64,000 nucleotides of DNA from Octopus vulgaris (lineage: Eukaryota), in the NCBI GenBank assembly GCA_951406725.2, contig OX597833.1, forward strand, positions 58,528,001-58,592,000. The letters run 5' to 3'. Shown piece after piece: positions 27,585 through 40,859 of this stretch. The position numbers were made by a program, and so were the translations under genes. Under the pieces are notes generated by a model. That model was not told the origin of the DNA. It saw only the letters and a list, made by a program, of their open reading frames with translations, and ran no database searches. How positions within the stretch are numbered: the first letter of the stretch is position 1; each line of letters opens with the position of its first letter.

Positions 27585-27803
27585 GGCAGAAACGTTAGCA
27601 CACCGGGCGAAATGCTTTACGGTATTTCGTCTGCGTTACGTTGTGAGTTCAAATTCCGCCGAGGTCGACTTTGCCTTTCATCCTTTCGGGGTCGATAAAT
27701 TAAGTACCAGTTATGCACTGGGGTCGATATAATCGACTTAATACCTATGTCTGTCCTTGTTTGTCCCCTCTGTGTTTAGCCCCTTGTGGGTAATAAAGAA
27801 ATA
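27585..27803 (+). mobile_element. SINE family D nested in a minus-strand family B-like copy (27540-28090)
   Basis: Family B tail at 27540-27585 and V-like segment at 27825-27852. Confidence 0.8.
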
Positions 27804-28699
27804 GGTTTCAGTGGCGTAGAAATTCCCCACCTGGACGGGACGCCAGTCCATCCCAAGATTACTCCTTTTTGCCAGCTGAGTGGACTGGAGCAACATGAAA
27901 ATGAAGTGTTTTGCTCAAGAACACGATGCATCGCCCGGTCCAGGAATCGAAACCATATCCTTACAGTGTTGTTGCAAATCATTTCTACAGCTGAATCAAG
28001 TGGAGCAACATGAAATAAAGTGTCTTGTTCAGGAATCGAACTCACCACCTCTTGATTGTGAGCCCGATGCTTTAACCGTTGAGCCATGCGCCTTAGTTTT
28101 AGAATAAGATTGAATCGGATTGGTCATGCATAGAGGAATTTGATCATAGGTGTGCTTGCCCATGGAATGATCTACAACAAAACCACCACCACTACTACCA
28201 CCACCACCACCACCACCATCACCATTATCATCTTCATCATTATTATCATCACTATCACCATTGCATCGCCGTTGGTTACCAGTGAGTTTATTTAAAGCAT
28301 TATCAGTCTTTGCACCCCCACTGGTTCTTTTACTTCAGTACAGAACTTAGTGTTTCTCTGTTGTTTTTTTTCCCCTTTTTTCTTTTTCTTTTTCATCTTC
28401 AAAATACCGTTTCCTGTGAATTACGGTCGGCAGCTGTTATAATGAGATTATTGATGACATCATCTCCCTCCACCCCCCTCTGCACCCACACCCGTATCCT
28501 ACTTCATCCCCCCACCCTGCCATTCCCCCAACCCCTTTCCTTAACCAAATAACTGGTAGTGTCACTCTGCTGTAATTTTTTAAGTGTGTGATTCCATTTT
28601 ACTTTGGAAGATTGCATGCCTCATTCTATTAAATATGCAAAAACTAAACTGAAAACTTTTTCAAGTATCTTCACTCTGTTATTATTATTATCATCATTC

Positions 28700-29030
28700 A
28701 TCATCATCATCATCATCATCATTTAGCGTCCGCTTTCCATGCTAGCATGGGTTGGACGGTTCAACTGGGGTCTGGGAAGCCAGAAGGCTGCACCAGGCTC
28801 CAGTCTGATCTGGCAGTGTTTCTATGGCTGGATGCCCTTCCTAACGCCAACCACTCCGTGAGTGTAGCGGGTGCTTTTTACATGCCACCGGCACAGGTGC
28901 CAGACGAGGCTGGCAAACGGCCACGATCGGATGGTGCTTTTTACGTGTCACCGGCACGAGGCTAGTCGGGGCGGCCCTGGCAACGGCCACGTTCAGATGG
29001 TTCTCTTACGTGCCACCGGCACTGATATCA
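28700..29030 (-). mobile_element. SINE family C, 3 modules
   Basis: Sequence match to family C. Confidence 0.85.
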
Positions 29031-29322
29031 CACCTGCAATTTCCACTGATGTTGGTCGATTTCGATATTATTATTATTATTATTATTATTGTTGTTGTTA
29101 TTGTTATTATTAGGCAGTGAGTTGGCAGAAACATTAGCACACTGGACGAAATGCTTAGCGGTAATTCACACATCGCTATGTTCTGAGTTCAAATTCCGCT
29201 AAGATTGACTTTGCCTTTCACCCTTTTGGGGTTGATAAATTAAGTACCAGTTGTACACTGAGGTCGATGTAATCGACTCATCCCCTCCCCCAAAATTGCT
29301 TCCCTTCGAGCAAGATTTGAAA

Positions 29323-29368
<46 letters not shown>

Positions 29369-29385
29369 TTTTATTACTATTATTA

Positions 29386-29760
29386 TTATTACCTCCGCCT
29401 TAGTGAAGTCAGAAGTATTGTTTTCAGTGATGTTTGTTTGTTTATCCGTGGACAAGATATCTCAAGAACTGCTGGATGGATTCAAATGAAACTTTCAGGG
29501 ATGTTTGGCCTCCTAACTGGCACGATCTGATTAGATTTTGAGATTGATCCAGTACTGGACAAGGATTCTGGATTATTTTTCTTGTTTTTTTTTTTACTTA
29601 ATCATTGAGTGCAGTCTGGTTCATTTCTAGTATTTTCGTTTGTGAGTGCAGTCGAGTTTATTTCAGATATTCTCATTTTAAAAATCATCTCTGGCTAATC
29701 TTTGGGAGGACATTGGTGTTCCCTTAGCTGAGGTTTGCGCTCTCTGAGTGCTCCTGTTAT
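29386..29760 (+). mobile_element. Helentron-associated non-autonomous element (HINE/DINE-1-like)
   Basis: Subterminal inverted repeat tacctccgcc ... agctgaggt, (GTTT)n near the 5' end, 3' stem-loop gcgctctctgagtgc, T-rich flanks. Confidence 0.72.
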
Positions 29761-29822
29761 TATTAATTTGTTTTTGTATTTGGTTTGCAAGATTCTTTAT
29801 GTGAATTTGTGTGTTGAAGCAT

Positions 29823-30023
29823 ATTTTATTGTGTCTGGGGAGAGTCATTCTCTTTTACTCCCTTATTATTTAACACACTCACTGGTTCAATTTCCACTCA
29901 TTTACTTATTTACATATCTATTTTTTCTAGAAAAAATAAATAACTAAATGAGTGGAAATCAAACCAGTGAGTGTATTAAATGAGGCACAAAAAGAGAATG
30001 ACTCTCCTCAGATACAATAAAAT
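29823..30023. mobile_element. Foldback MITE, about 200 bp
   Basis: attttattgtgtctggggagagtcattctctttt is inverted at the right end; arms pair nearly to the centre. Confidence 0.8.
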
Positions 30024-31061
30024 TATTATCATTATTATCATAGAAATTGTGGGTTTGTGTCACACAGGCAGCCATTGAATTTTTCTTTCCAGACTATTTT
30101 CCAATCCAATACTTACATGCTTTTATTTATGACATTTTCTATTTCAAGATTAATCATTAATTATTGATAGTGAGCTGGCAGAATTGTTAGGATGCTGGGC
30201 AAAATGCTTAGCAGAACTTCATCTGCCTTTACTTTATGAGTTCAAATTCTGCCAAGGTAGACTTTGCTTTGCATCCTTTTGGGGTTGATAAAATAAGTGC
30301 CAGTTGACTTAGCTCCTACCCCAAATTTACTAGCCTTGTACCAAAACTTAAAACCATTATATATATTATAAGGGTACACTAGGCACATGCATCACAACTA
30401 TATGTGCACGACATGGTGGTCTCATATCAAGATAAACAACGTATGACCTTGCAGGTGGGTCCCAGTTAGAATTTTCTTCTTGTCGAGTAGCCCATCCCAC
30501 TCAAAAGGTCCCTGAATAAGGGTTGTATGAGGATGATGAACAAAACACCAATGTTTCCAAAGGTGAATCATCCAAACCCCAAAGAGTTCCTTTTGCTAAA
30601 ATTTCTTGTTTTTTATCCCCTGCTCTCATCATAGGTGCTTGTTTGTGAGATATTTCTTTCACTATTCTGCAGCAGCTTTGCTTGTATGCTGTTGTTTTTA
30701 TCTGATGACACTCCAAATAGAAGTATTGGATATTTAGAATATATATATTTTTTTTTCAAATGTATGAAATTATAATTTTCTCCGGCCAAAAAAAAAAAAT
30801 AATTGTTGGCATTGAGCCAGTGTATGTTAATATTTTAATATTCAATGAAGCTAAACAAGAGCGAGAGAGTACAAAAAAAAAGAGCACAGAGAAAATGAGA
30901 GTGGGATGCTTTCTTGTGAGTCTGGTGTTTATCAGGCTACAATCGAAGCTGGTCACAATGTCATTGTCATGGCAACAAAACCAGCCAATGAATAAAAGCA
31001 AATTTAATACACACCCACCCCTCCACTAATACAGAGAAAAATGTAAACAAAATCAATATAA

Positions 31062-31474
31062 AGGCGTAGGAGTGGCTGTGTGGTAAATAGCTTGCTTACA
31101 TACCACATGGTTCCGGATTCAGTCCCACTGCGTGGCACCTTGGGCAAGTGTCTTCTACTATAGCCTCGGGCCGACCAAAGCCTTGTGAGTGGATTTGGTA
31201 GATGGAAACTGAAAGAAGCCCGTCGTATATATGTATATATATGTGTGTGTTTGTGTCTGTGTTTGTCCCCCCAACATCGCTTGACAACCGATGCTGGTGT
31301 GTTTACGTCCCCGTAACTTAGCGGTTCGGCAAAAGAGACCGATAGAATAAGTACTAGGTACTAGGCTTACAAAGAATAAGTCTTGGGGTCGATTTGCTCG
31401 ACTAAAGGTGGTGCTCCAGCATGGCCACAATCAAATGACTGAAACAAGTAAAAAGAGTAAATAAAGAGTAAAAG
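31062..31474 (+). mobile_element. SINE family A, full length
   Basis: Sequence match to family A. Confidence 0.9.
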
Positions 31475-31504
31475 AATATAATTTTACAAACCTTATGTAT
31501 TATA

Positions 31505-32748
31505 TTCACCCTTTCGTTACCGTATTTATTTTGAGATGCTCTGTGTTTCTTTCGATTAATTTTAGATATAACAAAGAATTTAGTAAAATAACTTAGTCAT
31601 AATTTAGCTAGTGTTAGGAACATAAATTGTGACTTAAGGTTTGGTGGAAGATTTTAGTTCAAAACTTATGAAAACAAGACATTTGTACTACAGAGCCAGA
31701 GGTGGTTTCAACCAGGTTGGTTACAAAAGGGTTAGGAATTGTGTCTCTGTTATATATTTTAACCCTCTCATTACCATATTTCTGTTGAGGTACTCTGTAT
31801 TTCTTTCAATTAATTTCAAATATAATAAAGAATTTAATGAAATAACTTAGTTATCATTAAGCTAGTGTTAAGAACATGAATTGTGACTTAAGGTTTGGTG
31901 GAAGATTTTAATTCAGAATTTTTGAAAACAAGATATTTGTACTACAGAGCCAGAGGCAGTTTCAGCCAGGTTGGTTACAAAAGGGTTAGGAATTGTGTCT
32001 CTGTTAGATATTTTAACCCTCTCCTTACCATATTTCTGTTGAGGTGCTCTGTATTTCTTTCAATTAATTTTAGATATAACAAAGAATTTAATAAAATAAC
32101 TTAGTTATCACTAAGCTAGTGTTAGGAACATGAATTGTGACTGAGGTTTGGTGGAAGATTTTAATGCAGAACTTTTGAAAACAAGATATTTGTACTACAG
32201 AGCCAGAGGTGGTTTCAGCTGGGTTGGTATCAAAAGGGTTAGGAATTGTGTCTCTGTTATATATTTTAACCCTCTCATTACCATATTTCTATTGAAGTGC
32301 TCTGTATTTCTTTCAATTAATTTCAAATATAACAAAGAATTTAGTAAAATAACTTAGTTATCACTCAGCTAGTGTTAAGAACATGAATTGTGACTAAGGT
32401 TTGGTGGAAGATTTTAATGCAGAACTTTTGAAAACAAGATATTTGTACTACAGAGCCAGAGGTGGTTTCAGCCAGGTTGGTATCAAAAGGGTTAAGAATT
32501 GTTTCTCTGTTATATATTTTAACCATCTCGTTACCATATTTCTGTGGAGGTGCTCTGTATTTCTTTCAATTAATTTCAAATATAACAAAGAATTTAATGA
32601 AATAACTTAGTTATCACTAAGCTAGTGTTAGGAACATGAATTGTGACTGAGGTTTGGTGGAAGATTTTAATTCAGAACTTTTGAAAAGAAGATATTTGTA
32701 CTACAGAGCCAGAAGTGGTTCCAGTCTGGTTGGCATTAAATAGGTTAA
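31505..32748 (+). repeat. Tandem array of 5 piggyBac-like MITEs, period about 253 bp
   Basis: Each unit is ttaaCCCT...AAAGGGtta plus a constant spacer of about 25 bp. Confidence 0.9.
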
Positions 32749-35216
32749 GAGTGCTGGATGAAATGCCTTGACTAAAGAGTGTTCACAAGCTCAGCATTGT
32801 TGCTATTTGAATTAATTACCAGTTGCTTTAAGAGCATACTCGGTGCATTTTGTGGCACCGGCGCTGGTGAAACTGCATTATGGCTCACAATGTGAAAGAG
32901 AGCCTTTATGATAGAAGGAACAGATTTTTTTGTGAAAGGATGGTGGTGAAGAAAATATAGGAGAGAACAGTGTGGGGTGGAAATGATGGAAGAGAGGAGG
33001 AGAAGGGTGAAGAGTAATGTCAGGAATTAAAGCGAAGGAGACGGGGTGTGGGGTGGGGAGAGAAAATGGCATTGGGGTGGTTGGTCTGCTTGACATTCCT
33101 GTGTGGGTTGGATGGTAGTTGTTAATGGAATTACACAGGATTATTGTTCAGGGGTGGTGATAAGGAAGGGACTAACAGGGGCTTTGTTAGAGAAAGGGGT
33201 AACAGGAAGGAAAGGGAGAAATAGTGTGAGGGGATTATTTAAAGGGGAGAGGGTTGTGTAGGAGGGAGAGGCAGTGCTACCCTGTGATATATATATAGGT
33301 AGATAGCCAGGTGTGTAGAGGAGAGATAAGATGATGATGACGATGAGGAGGATGAGCCAGAATTTATCCTCAAAGTAACAGGACTTGAGAGCGGGGTGGC
33401 TGAGGAATCAGGGGTGGGGTGAGTAGTGGTTGCTAGAGTGGATTCCCTTACCCTCTCAAGCATGATGATTCAAGGGGGAAAGTGGAAGGAGAGGTAGTAC
33501 CGGTGTTGGTGGTGGAGGTACGGGGTGTGTGGGAGAAGATTGAAGTTTCAAGCTTCAGGTTTAGAAGATTGAGAATATTCAAGATGAGGACGATTGCACT
33601 TCCCTCAAAACTCCTTCCCCCACCCCCACCACCTCACTTGAGGCGTTCTTGTCTTGTAAGGTACTTGATGACCTCACAAGTTCCAGTGCCCTGTAAAAAA
33701 AAAACAAAAAGTACCCAGAAAACTCTGTAAAGTGGTTGGTATTAGGAAGGGGCATCCAGATGTAGAAACCATTCCAAAGCAGACATAAGGGTTTTATGCA
33801 GTCCTGTGGCTTAGCACCAATTGTTGAACCATCCAACTCATGCCAGCATAGAAAATAGATGTTAGAAGATATATATATATATATATACAGTTTCCGTCTA
33901 TCAAATCCACTCACAAGGCTTTGGTCGGCCAGAGCTATAGTAGAAGACACTTGCCCAAGGTGCCAGACTGTGGGATTGAACCCAGAACCATATGGCTGGG
34001 AAGCAAGCTTCATACCACACAGCCGCTCCTAACAATTATGCCAGCACACCACCTTTGGGCTGTATATCTTTCTAGAAAGTCAATTCTTAGAGACAGAGGC
34101 AAAATCTGAATGTAAAATACTACTACTGATGATGATTGTGAATATTAATCAAAGCCAAGATTATTTATGCTTTCGCTCTGTAAGCACACAAATGCTCATC
34201 CTTGTCGTATTAGAAGCTCTATTTTTAACCGGAATCTAAGTGGCGTATATTATAGTAATAAATTAGTATGACTCTGTGTGTCTTGCCATTCTTGTATTTT
34301 AGCCAGTCACTGACTAGCCAGCTGGTAACTTGTTTTAACTGTTGCTATAGAGAATCAATATTCTTTACTCAATTATTTGCTGTCATAATGAAATTTTTGG
34401 AGAGAGAGACAACAATTTCTTGTTCTCTTTATCGAGTAGATAGCCTGTTGTTTTCTATTGTCTATTGTGCTGTTATCACTGAAGTCATTTAGAACAGAGA
34501 GAAATGGTATTAAGATACCCGCATATTGTATTTATAGCATTGCCATTGTAGCATGTTGTTGGATTTGATAGCTTTATAATATCAGTTTAAATCATGTGAA
34601 AATGAGAACTTTATCATTGGTTAAATATATAAAATAACACTTTGAATTGAAGATGTTTCCAAACATCATGACTGAATCAATATTTTTCACTGGGTACTGT
34701 GGTTACATGATGATGGCAGTTTCTTTGTATGAGAAGGCCCATGAGGAAGAGTAGCATGCCCTCGAGTGGCTGTGTAAACTGATCCTTGGTGCTGTCGGGT
34801 TTCTCTTCCTGCCTGTGCTCAGTAGTTTTAAAATGAGAATCAATCCTATGCAGTCCTGCTCTTTATAATTGAGGGCTTGACCACAGCGGCTCAGTGGGCT
34901 AAGACGGTTGTGGTGACAAGAATTTTTAACTACTCCATTATGGCTGTCCCCACATACATATAGACAAGGGCATCCAGCTGTAGAAACTATGCCAGATCAA
35001 GATTGGAGCTTGGTGCAGCCATCTAGTTTGTCAGCCCTCAGTCAAATCGTCCAACCCATGCTAGCATGGAAAGCGGATGTTAAACGATGATGATGATGAC
35101 ATTAAATAAAGTAAAGCAAATCAAAAATTCTGATTATATAATACTTTAGTACCTTTCCATTTCAAGAAGTTTACCTATTTTCAAATCTGTATTTCTCTTT
35201 TACCACATATCTTCAT

Positions 35217-35530
35217 GTGGAGGCACATGGCCTAGTGGTTAGAGCAGCGGACTCGCGGTCGAGGGATCGCGGGTTCGAATCTCAGACCGGGCAATGTGTG
35301 TGTTTATGAGCGAAAACACTCAAGCTCCACGCGGCTCCGGCAGAAGGTAATGGTGAAACGTCTGCTGACTCTTTCGCCACAACTTTCTCTCACTCTTTCC
35401 TCCAGCATCTTGCAGCTCACCTGCGATGGACTGGCGTCCCGTCCAGGTGGGGAACCTATACGCCAAGGAATCTGGGAAACCGGCCCTTATGAGCCAGACA
35501 TGGCTCAAGAAGGAACAAACAACAACAACA
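35217..35530 (+). mobile_element. SINE family B, full length
   Basis: 13-bp TSD acatatcttcatg; V-like ctgcgatggactggcgtcccgtccagg; (AAC)n tail. Confidence 0.92.
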
Positions 35531-35715
35531 TATCTTCATGATGGTAAACGGTTAGTGTGGAAGACATATTAACTATTAAAAAACAAAGACGGTTAACTTT
35601 ATTTACACATTAATTATTTGATGTCAAAATATTCGTCTCATCAGAGATACGGTGCAATTGTATCAGTTACCAAGTTGCATTTGCTGCGTTGAAAATTTTG
35701 GCAGCAAATAATAAA

Positions 35716-36040
35716 TCATCATCATCATCGTTTAACATCCGTTTTCCATGCTAGCATGGGTTGGACGGTTCGACCGAGGTCTGGGAAGCCAGGAGGCTGC
35801 ACCAGGCTCCAATCTGATCTGGTAGTGTTTCTACAGCTGGATGCCCTTCCTAATGCCAACCACTCCGAGAGTGTAGTGGGTGCTTTTTACGTGCCACCGG
35901 CACAGGTGCCAGGGGAGGCTGGCAACGACCACGATCCGTTGGTGCTTTTTATGTGCCATTGGCACAGAAGCCAGTCAAGGTGGCACTGGAATTGACCACG
36001 TTTGGATGGTGATTTTTATGTGCCACCGGCACAGGTATCA
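35716..36040 (-). mobile_element. SINE family C, 3 modules
   Basis: Sequence match to family C. Confidence 0.85.
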
Positions 36041-36108
36041 CAACTACAATTTCCATTTGATATTTATTTTGATGTTGATGTACTTTACTCAAAATAAAAA
36101 TCAAATGT

Positions 36109-36337
36109 TTAACCCTTCAGCATTTAAACTGGCCATACCCAGCCAAAAGTATTCTGCCTGTTTTATGTTCAAACTGGCCAGATCTGGTCTCTCACACCAA
36201 CCCTACAATATCGTTCTAGAAATTAACAGCTACCTCATTAAAATCTCATAGCTACAAGATAATGCATGATTAATTCAAAACAAAGCGGATAAAGAAGCAT
36301 TAATTTTGGTAGAATAATGTGAACGCTAAAGGGTTAA
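36109..36337 (+). mobile_element. piggyBac-like MITE
   Basis: TTAA-CCCTTCAGC ... GCTAAAGGG-TTAA; further copy at 45210-45431. Confidence 0.82.
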
Positions 36338-37239
36338 GTAAAGTTAACCGTCTTTGTCTGTTTTTTAATATGTATCTTCGCAACTGTAATTTTTCTAGTT
36401 TCAGCACACACTTTCAGATCAGATCACTTGCCAGACAAATACATCTCTGAAATTTGTAATAATAGCTTTCAAACAAAGCAAGATTCTACAGCTTTGTTTA
36501 TAGTTATTCTTAAGAAAAAAAATATATTTTGCTTTCACTATATGTTAGTGGCCATTCCTGTTGCTTATTGGTGAACAGTTCACATACAGCTGAGCATGAG
36601 GAAGAAGCTGGCCTTGATATTTTTGATAATAAACAAGGACAAATAAAAGCTTAACAGGAAACAGTAGCCTCTTGAATTGAAATAAAAAATTTGCTAGAGA
36701 TTTCCTCCACATTTATATATCAAGTTATTACCAATTACACAGGATGTCAGCCATGGTATTCTGCTATTTTTTTTTTTTTTTTAGATATAGCAAAAAAAAA
36801 AAAAAGAAAAAGAAAAGACCTAACAAATTACAGAAAATGCAATCTGTATTATAAGCGATGATAGTTATAGTTGTGACTGTTAAAGTGAGCTGCCTAATTG
36901 ACATGTCGCTGGAAGCAGCCTTCCGCATTCGGTGAATTCTGTGATGCTTACTGATGCTGTACCATTTTTATATATATATATATTACTGTAGAGTGGGAGA
37001 ACTTACTATGCAAGATATTTTCTCCCGGCACTTGCTGCTATTGTTGTCAGAGTTCCTAGTTTGGTGGGTGGCACACAGAATATTTGGTTAATTTTCTTTT
37101 TATTATCTTTTTGTGTTGAAATTTTTTTTTCTGTCTTATGGTGTTTGGTGTCTAGGAAGTTATATTTTTTGGTTCAGTCTTGCCATTGCAAGTGGTTAAG
37201 TAGAGAATTTTGCAAAGACCAGAAAGAAACAAAGCACGC

Positions 37240-37880
37240 GGCACTGGGTGTGTCGGTTTAGAGGACACGAACAATAGAGTACGAATGAACTGAGAGAAAA
37301 AAATGGAAATGAGAGACAAACTGATGTAGTAAGGAAGAGAGAAGATATACCGGTACAGGGTGGAGGCACATGGCTTAGTGGTTAGAGCGGCGGACTCGCA
37401 GTCGAGGGATCGCAGGTTCGAATCTCAGACCGGGCGATGTGTGTGTTTATGAGCGAAAACACCTAAGCTCCACGCGGCTCCGGCAGAAGGTAATGATGAA
37501 ACTTCTGCTGACTCTTTCGCCATAACTTTCTTTCACTCTTTCCTCCTGCATCTTGCAGCTCACCTGCGACGGACCGGCGTCCTGTCCAGGTGGGGAACTT
37601 ATACGCCAAGAAACCGGGAAACTGGCCCTTATGAGCCAGGCGTGGCTCGAGAAGGAACAAACAAAGCAACATACCGGTACAGGATGTGTATGGAAGTTGA
37701 GATCTTTATAAAGGAATACCATGCAGTCAAAATGAACGGATCCTTGGAAACGAGATAAAGAGAGAAGAGAGAGAGAAATCAAAGAAGACTTGGGATAAAG
37801 TAGTGAAAACTTATCTTGAGATGCTGCATCTCAGAGAAGTGGTGATGATTGGTGACTCACAGTCGAGCATGGCAAAACAA
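37240..37880 (+). pseudogene. RTE LINE C-terminal relic split by a SINE B (37360-37670)
   Basis: ELREK... and KTWDKVVKTYLEMLHLRE; the SINE is flanked by the 13-bp TSD ataccggtacagg. Confidence 0.7.
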
Positions 37881-37962
37881 ACTTTAGTAATCAGATAGCA
37901 ACTGAGAAGCAGAATATATTTATCTACTCTCAAGTATGTAGGGTGTGTCCGTTTTTTGAGGT

Positions 37963-38290
37963 CATCATCATCATCATCGTTTAACGTCCGTTTTCCGCGC
38001 TAGCACAGGTTGGACAGTTCGACCAGGGTCTGGGAAGCCAGGGGCTGCACCAGGCTCCAGTCTGATCTGGCAGTGTTTCTACAGCTGGATGCCCTTCCTA
38101 ACGCCAACCACTCCGCGAGTGTAGTGGGTGCTTTTTACGTGCCACCTGCACAGGTGCCAGAGGGGTCTGGCATCGGCCACGTTCGGATGGTGCTTTTAAT
38201 GTGCCACCGGCACAGAAGCCAATCGAGATAGGGCTGGCATCGGCCATGTTCGGATGGTGCTTTTTATGTGCCACCGGCACAGGTATCACA
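37963..38290 (-). mobile_element. SINE family C, 3 modules
   Basis: Sequence match to family C. Confidence 0.85.
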
Positions 38291-38388
38291 ACTACTATGA
38301 ATTTAGGAAACGATGCATAACTCATCAAAGAAAAGGTGTAAAGGAAAACAAATTGGTACCAGTAATTTTGAGAAACCCTTTATCACAC

Positions 38389-39119
38389 CTATTCAATGAA
38401 TCCACTATTCGTATCAATGGTTACTTCAATGCAGGGTCAGAAGTGTTGATATGCCTGAATCAGATGATCTTTATTAATTTTGGATATAGTGCTGGTTATG
38501 GCAGACTTGTGAGGTTGTATGGTGTCATGGGGTGTTGATTGGCTCCCTCTTGACTACGTCACGCATGTAATGGTCCAGTGAATTGAGGTCTGGTGAGCTA
38601 AGAATCCATGTGTCTTTCGAGGATTTGTCGGTCGGTGGGCACCGACATCCCTCCCATCCGCATTATTGCGTTCCATTTCATCTCATCTTGTCCATGTCCA
38701 GCCCACAAGCTTCTGTCCGTGTACTGCCCTTGTGGCAAATTAAATGAAATAAAGAAGCCATGTGTCTGAGAGAACATGATCATGGAGGTTAACATGTATC
38801 CACACTTGGGTTGGTTCTAGCCTTATAAGACCATGTGGAGTCTTGTCTGAAGATGTATTGTCTTCTGTTGCATACTCTGTCTGCCCAGGGCCTCTTTTTC
38901 TTTTTTTTTCTTTCTTTTTTTTACTTGTTTCAGTCATTTGACTGCGGCCATGCTGGAGCACCGCCTTTAGTCGAGCAATCAACCCCGGGACTTATTCTTT
39001 GTAAGCCCAGTACTTATTCTATCGGTCTCTTTTGCCGAACCGCTAAGTGACGGGGACGTAAACACACCAGCATCGGTTGTCAAGCAATGCTAGGGGGACA
39101 AACACAGACACACAAACAA

Positions 39120-39180
<61 letters not shown>

Positions 39181-39745
39181 CGACAGGCTTCTTTCAGTTT
39201 CCATCTACCAAATCCACTCACAAGGCATTAGTCGACCCGGGGCTATAGCAGAAGACACTTGCCCAAGGTGCCACACAGTGGGACTGAACCTGGAACCATG
39301 TGGTTGGTTAGCAAGCTACTTACCACACAGCCACTCCTGCGCCTCACAACTTTCTCCAATACTTTTGTGTAGTCAGTGGCATTGCCTCTTAAGCCCTGTG
39401 AAAAATAGTAAGGAAGCATGGCATCTCCCTCATTGCTGGTGACTCCCAGAACCATTACAGTTGCTGAGAGCATAGGCTGCATGACAGTTGGAACCTTGTT
39501 TAGATCTCTGCATAACCATTCCTTTCATTTATTTTTTTGGTCCACATCGAAGTTTTTCTCATTTTAGAAAAACCAAAGCATTCCGGCCTTATGGTGTTCT
39601 AACTTGTTTAACAAGCACTTTGCATAGATTGACCGATTCTCTCTCGTCACATCTGACATAAACTGACCCCTCTGTATCACGTATGACTTGTACCAGATGT
39701 CCTCATGCACAACTCTTCCGATGGTGCATTCTGAAACCTGTAAAT
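38389..39745 (-). pseudogene. Degenerate Tc1/mariner (maT, DD37D-like) transposase interrupted by SINE A (38915-39343) and a LINE tail (38616-38751)
   Basis: TIGRVVHEDIWYKSY, WFF..EKNFD, ATVMVLGVTSNEGDAMLPYYFSQGLR, YIFRQDS, SPDLNSLDHY and SGFIE* appear in colinear order. Confidence 0.85.
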
Positions 39746-39908
39746 AAAATAGGAGTGGCTGTGTGGTAAGTAGCTTGTTTACCAAACACATGGTTCCGGG
39801 TTCAAGTCCCACTGCGTGGCACCTTGGGCAAGTGTCTTCTACTATAGCCATGGGCCTACCAAAGCCTTGTGAGTGGATTTGGTAGACGAAAACTAAAAGA
39901 AGCCCGTC

Positions 39909-39965
<57 letters not shown>

Positions 39966-39966
<1 letters not shown>

Positions 39967-40191
39967 CAATTGCAGCGTGGAAGGTGTTTGTAAGCCATTT
40001 AAGAAACACACAAAAGCCATTCGATTCACTTCAACATTCAAGTTTAATTTGTCAAAATATTTTCGTCGCTTTGAGACCGCGACCTGTTCACTGACAAAAA
40101 TCCATGCTGCATTTTGTCAGTGAACAGGTCGCGGATTTTAGCGACGAAAATATTTTGACAAATTAAACTTAAATGTTGAAGTGAATCCAAT
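39966..40191. mobile_element. Truncated foldback MITE (same family as 52084-52492)
   Basis: Palindrome centred near 40105; inserted at the (TA)n tract of a SINE A (39750-39965). Confidence 0.85.
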
Positions 40192-40227
40192 CACTAAAGG
40201 TCGAACAGATGCATCCTTAAGTATGGA

Positions 40228-40612
40228 TGGAAGCACTCCGTCGGTTACGACGACGAGGGTTCCGGTTGATCCGAATCAATGGAACAGCCTGCTCGTGAAA
40301 TTAACATGTAAGCGGCTGAGCACTCCACAGACACGTGTACCCTTAATGTAGTTCTCGGGGATATTCAGCGTGACACAGAGAGTGACAAGGCCGGCCCTTT
40401 GAAATACAGGTACAACAGAAACAGGAAGTAAGAGTGAGAGAAAGTTGTGGTGAAAGAGTACAGCAGGGATCACCACCATCCCCTGCCAGAGCCTCGTGGA
40501 GCTTTTTAGGTGTTTTCGCTCAATAAACACTCACGACGCCTGGTCTGGGAATCAAAACCGCGATCTTATGACCGCGAGTCCGCTGCCCTGACCACTGGGC
40601 CATTGCACCTCC
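40228..40612 (-). mobile_element. SINE family B'
   Basis: 13-bp TSD catccttaagtat. Confidence 0.9.
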
Positions 40613-40859
40613 ACATCCTTAAGTATACGGTTTTTCTCGTGAAATGTTCGCTGGCAAGTAAAAGACCGAATGAACAGAAATGTGGCGGTTGTTAGTCATT
40701 TAATCCTAAGCGCTATTGATTACTAATACAAACCAGTTGAAAGTTCATACTATTTACACAGCCTGTTACCTTCTTACTTGTCTCTGGTGTAAACGTCTGT
40801 ACGCAACTCACACAGAATACTTAATATGCATATTGATTATGACTCTGTGTGGGTGGGTG

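Larger units (their letters stand above)
35574..36370. mobile_element. TIR element hosting a SINE C and a piggyBac-like MITE
   Basis: tattaaaaaacaaagacggttaacttta is inverted at 36339-36370 with a 4-bp indel. Confidence 0.65.

Noticed and set aside
31505-32748. CRISPR-like or repeated 69-aa gene cluster
   Set aside because: Units are about 253 bp with constant spacers and no cas genes; the ORFs are incidental translations of a MITE.
32930-33540. G/purine-rich stretch as G-quadruplex or promoter
   Set aside because: Low-complexity and CpG-poor, with no structure I can support beyond scattered G runs.
34760-34832. LILGAVGFLFLPVLSS resembling the PIEZO1 N-terminus
   Set aside because: In-frame upstream stop, no ATG and no convincing splice donor.
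35217-35290. tRNA gene (also 12492, 37360)
   Set aside because: tRNA-like head of a TSD-flanked SINE; no acceptor stem or pol III terminator.
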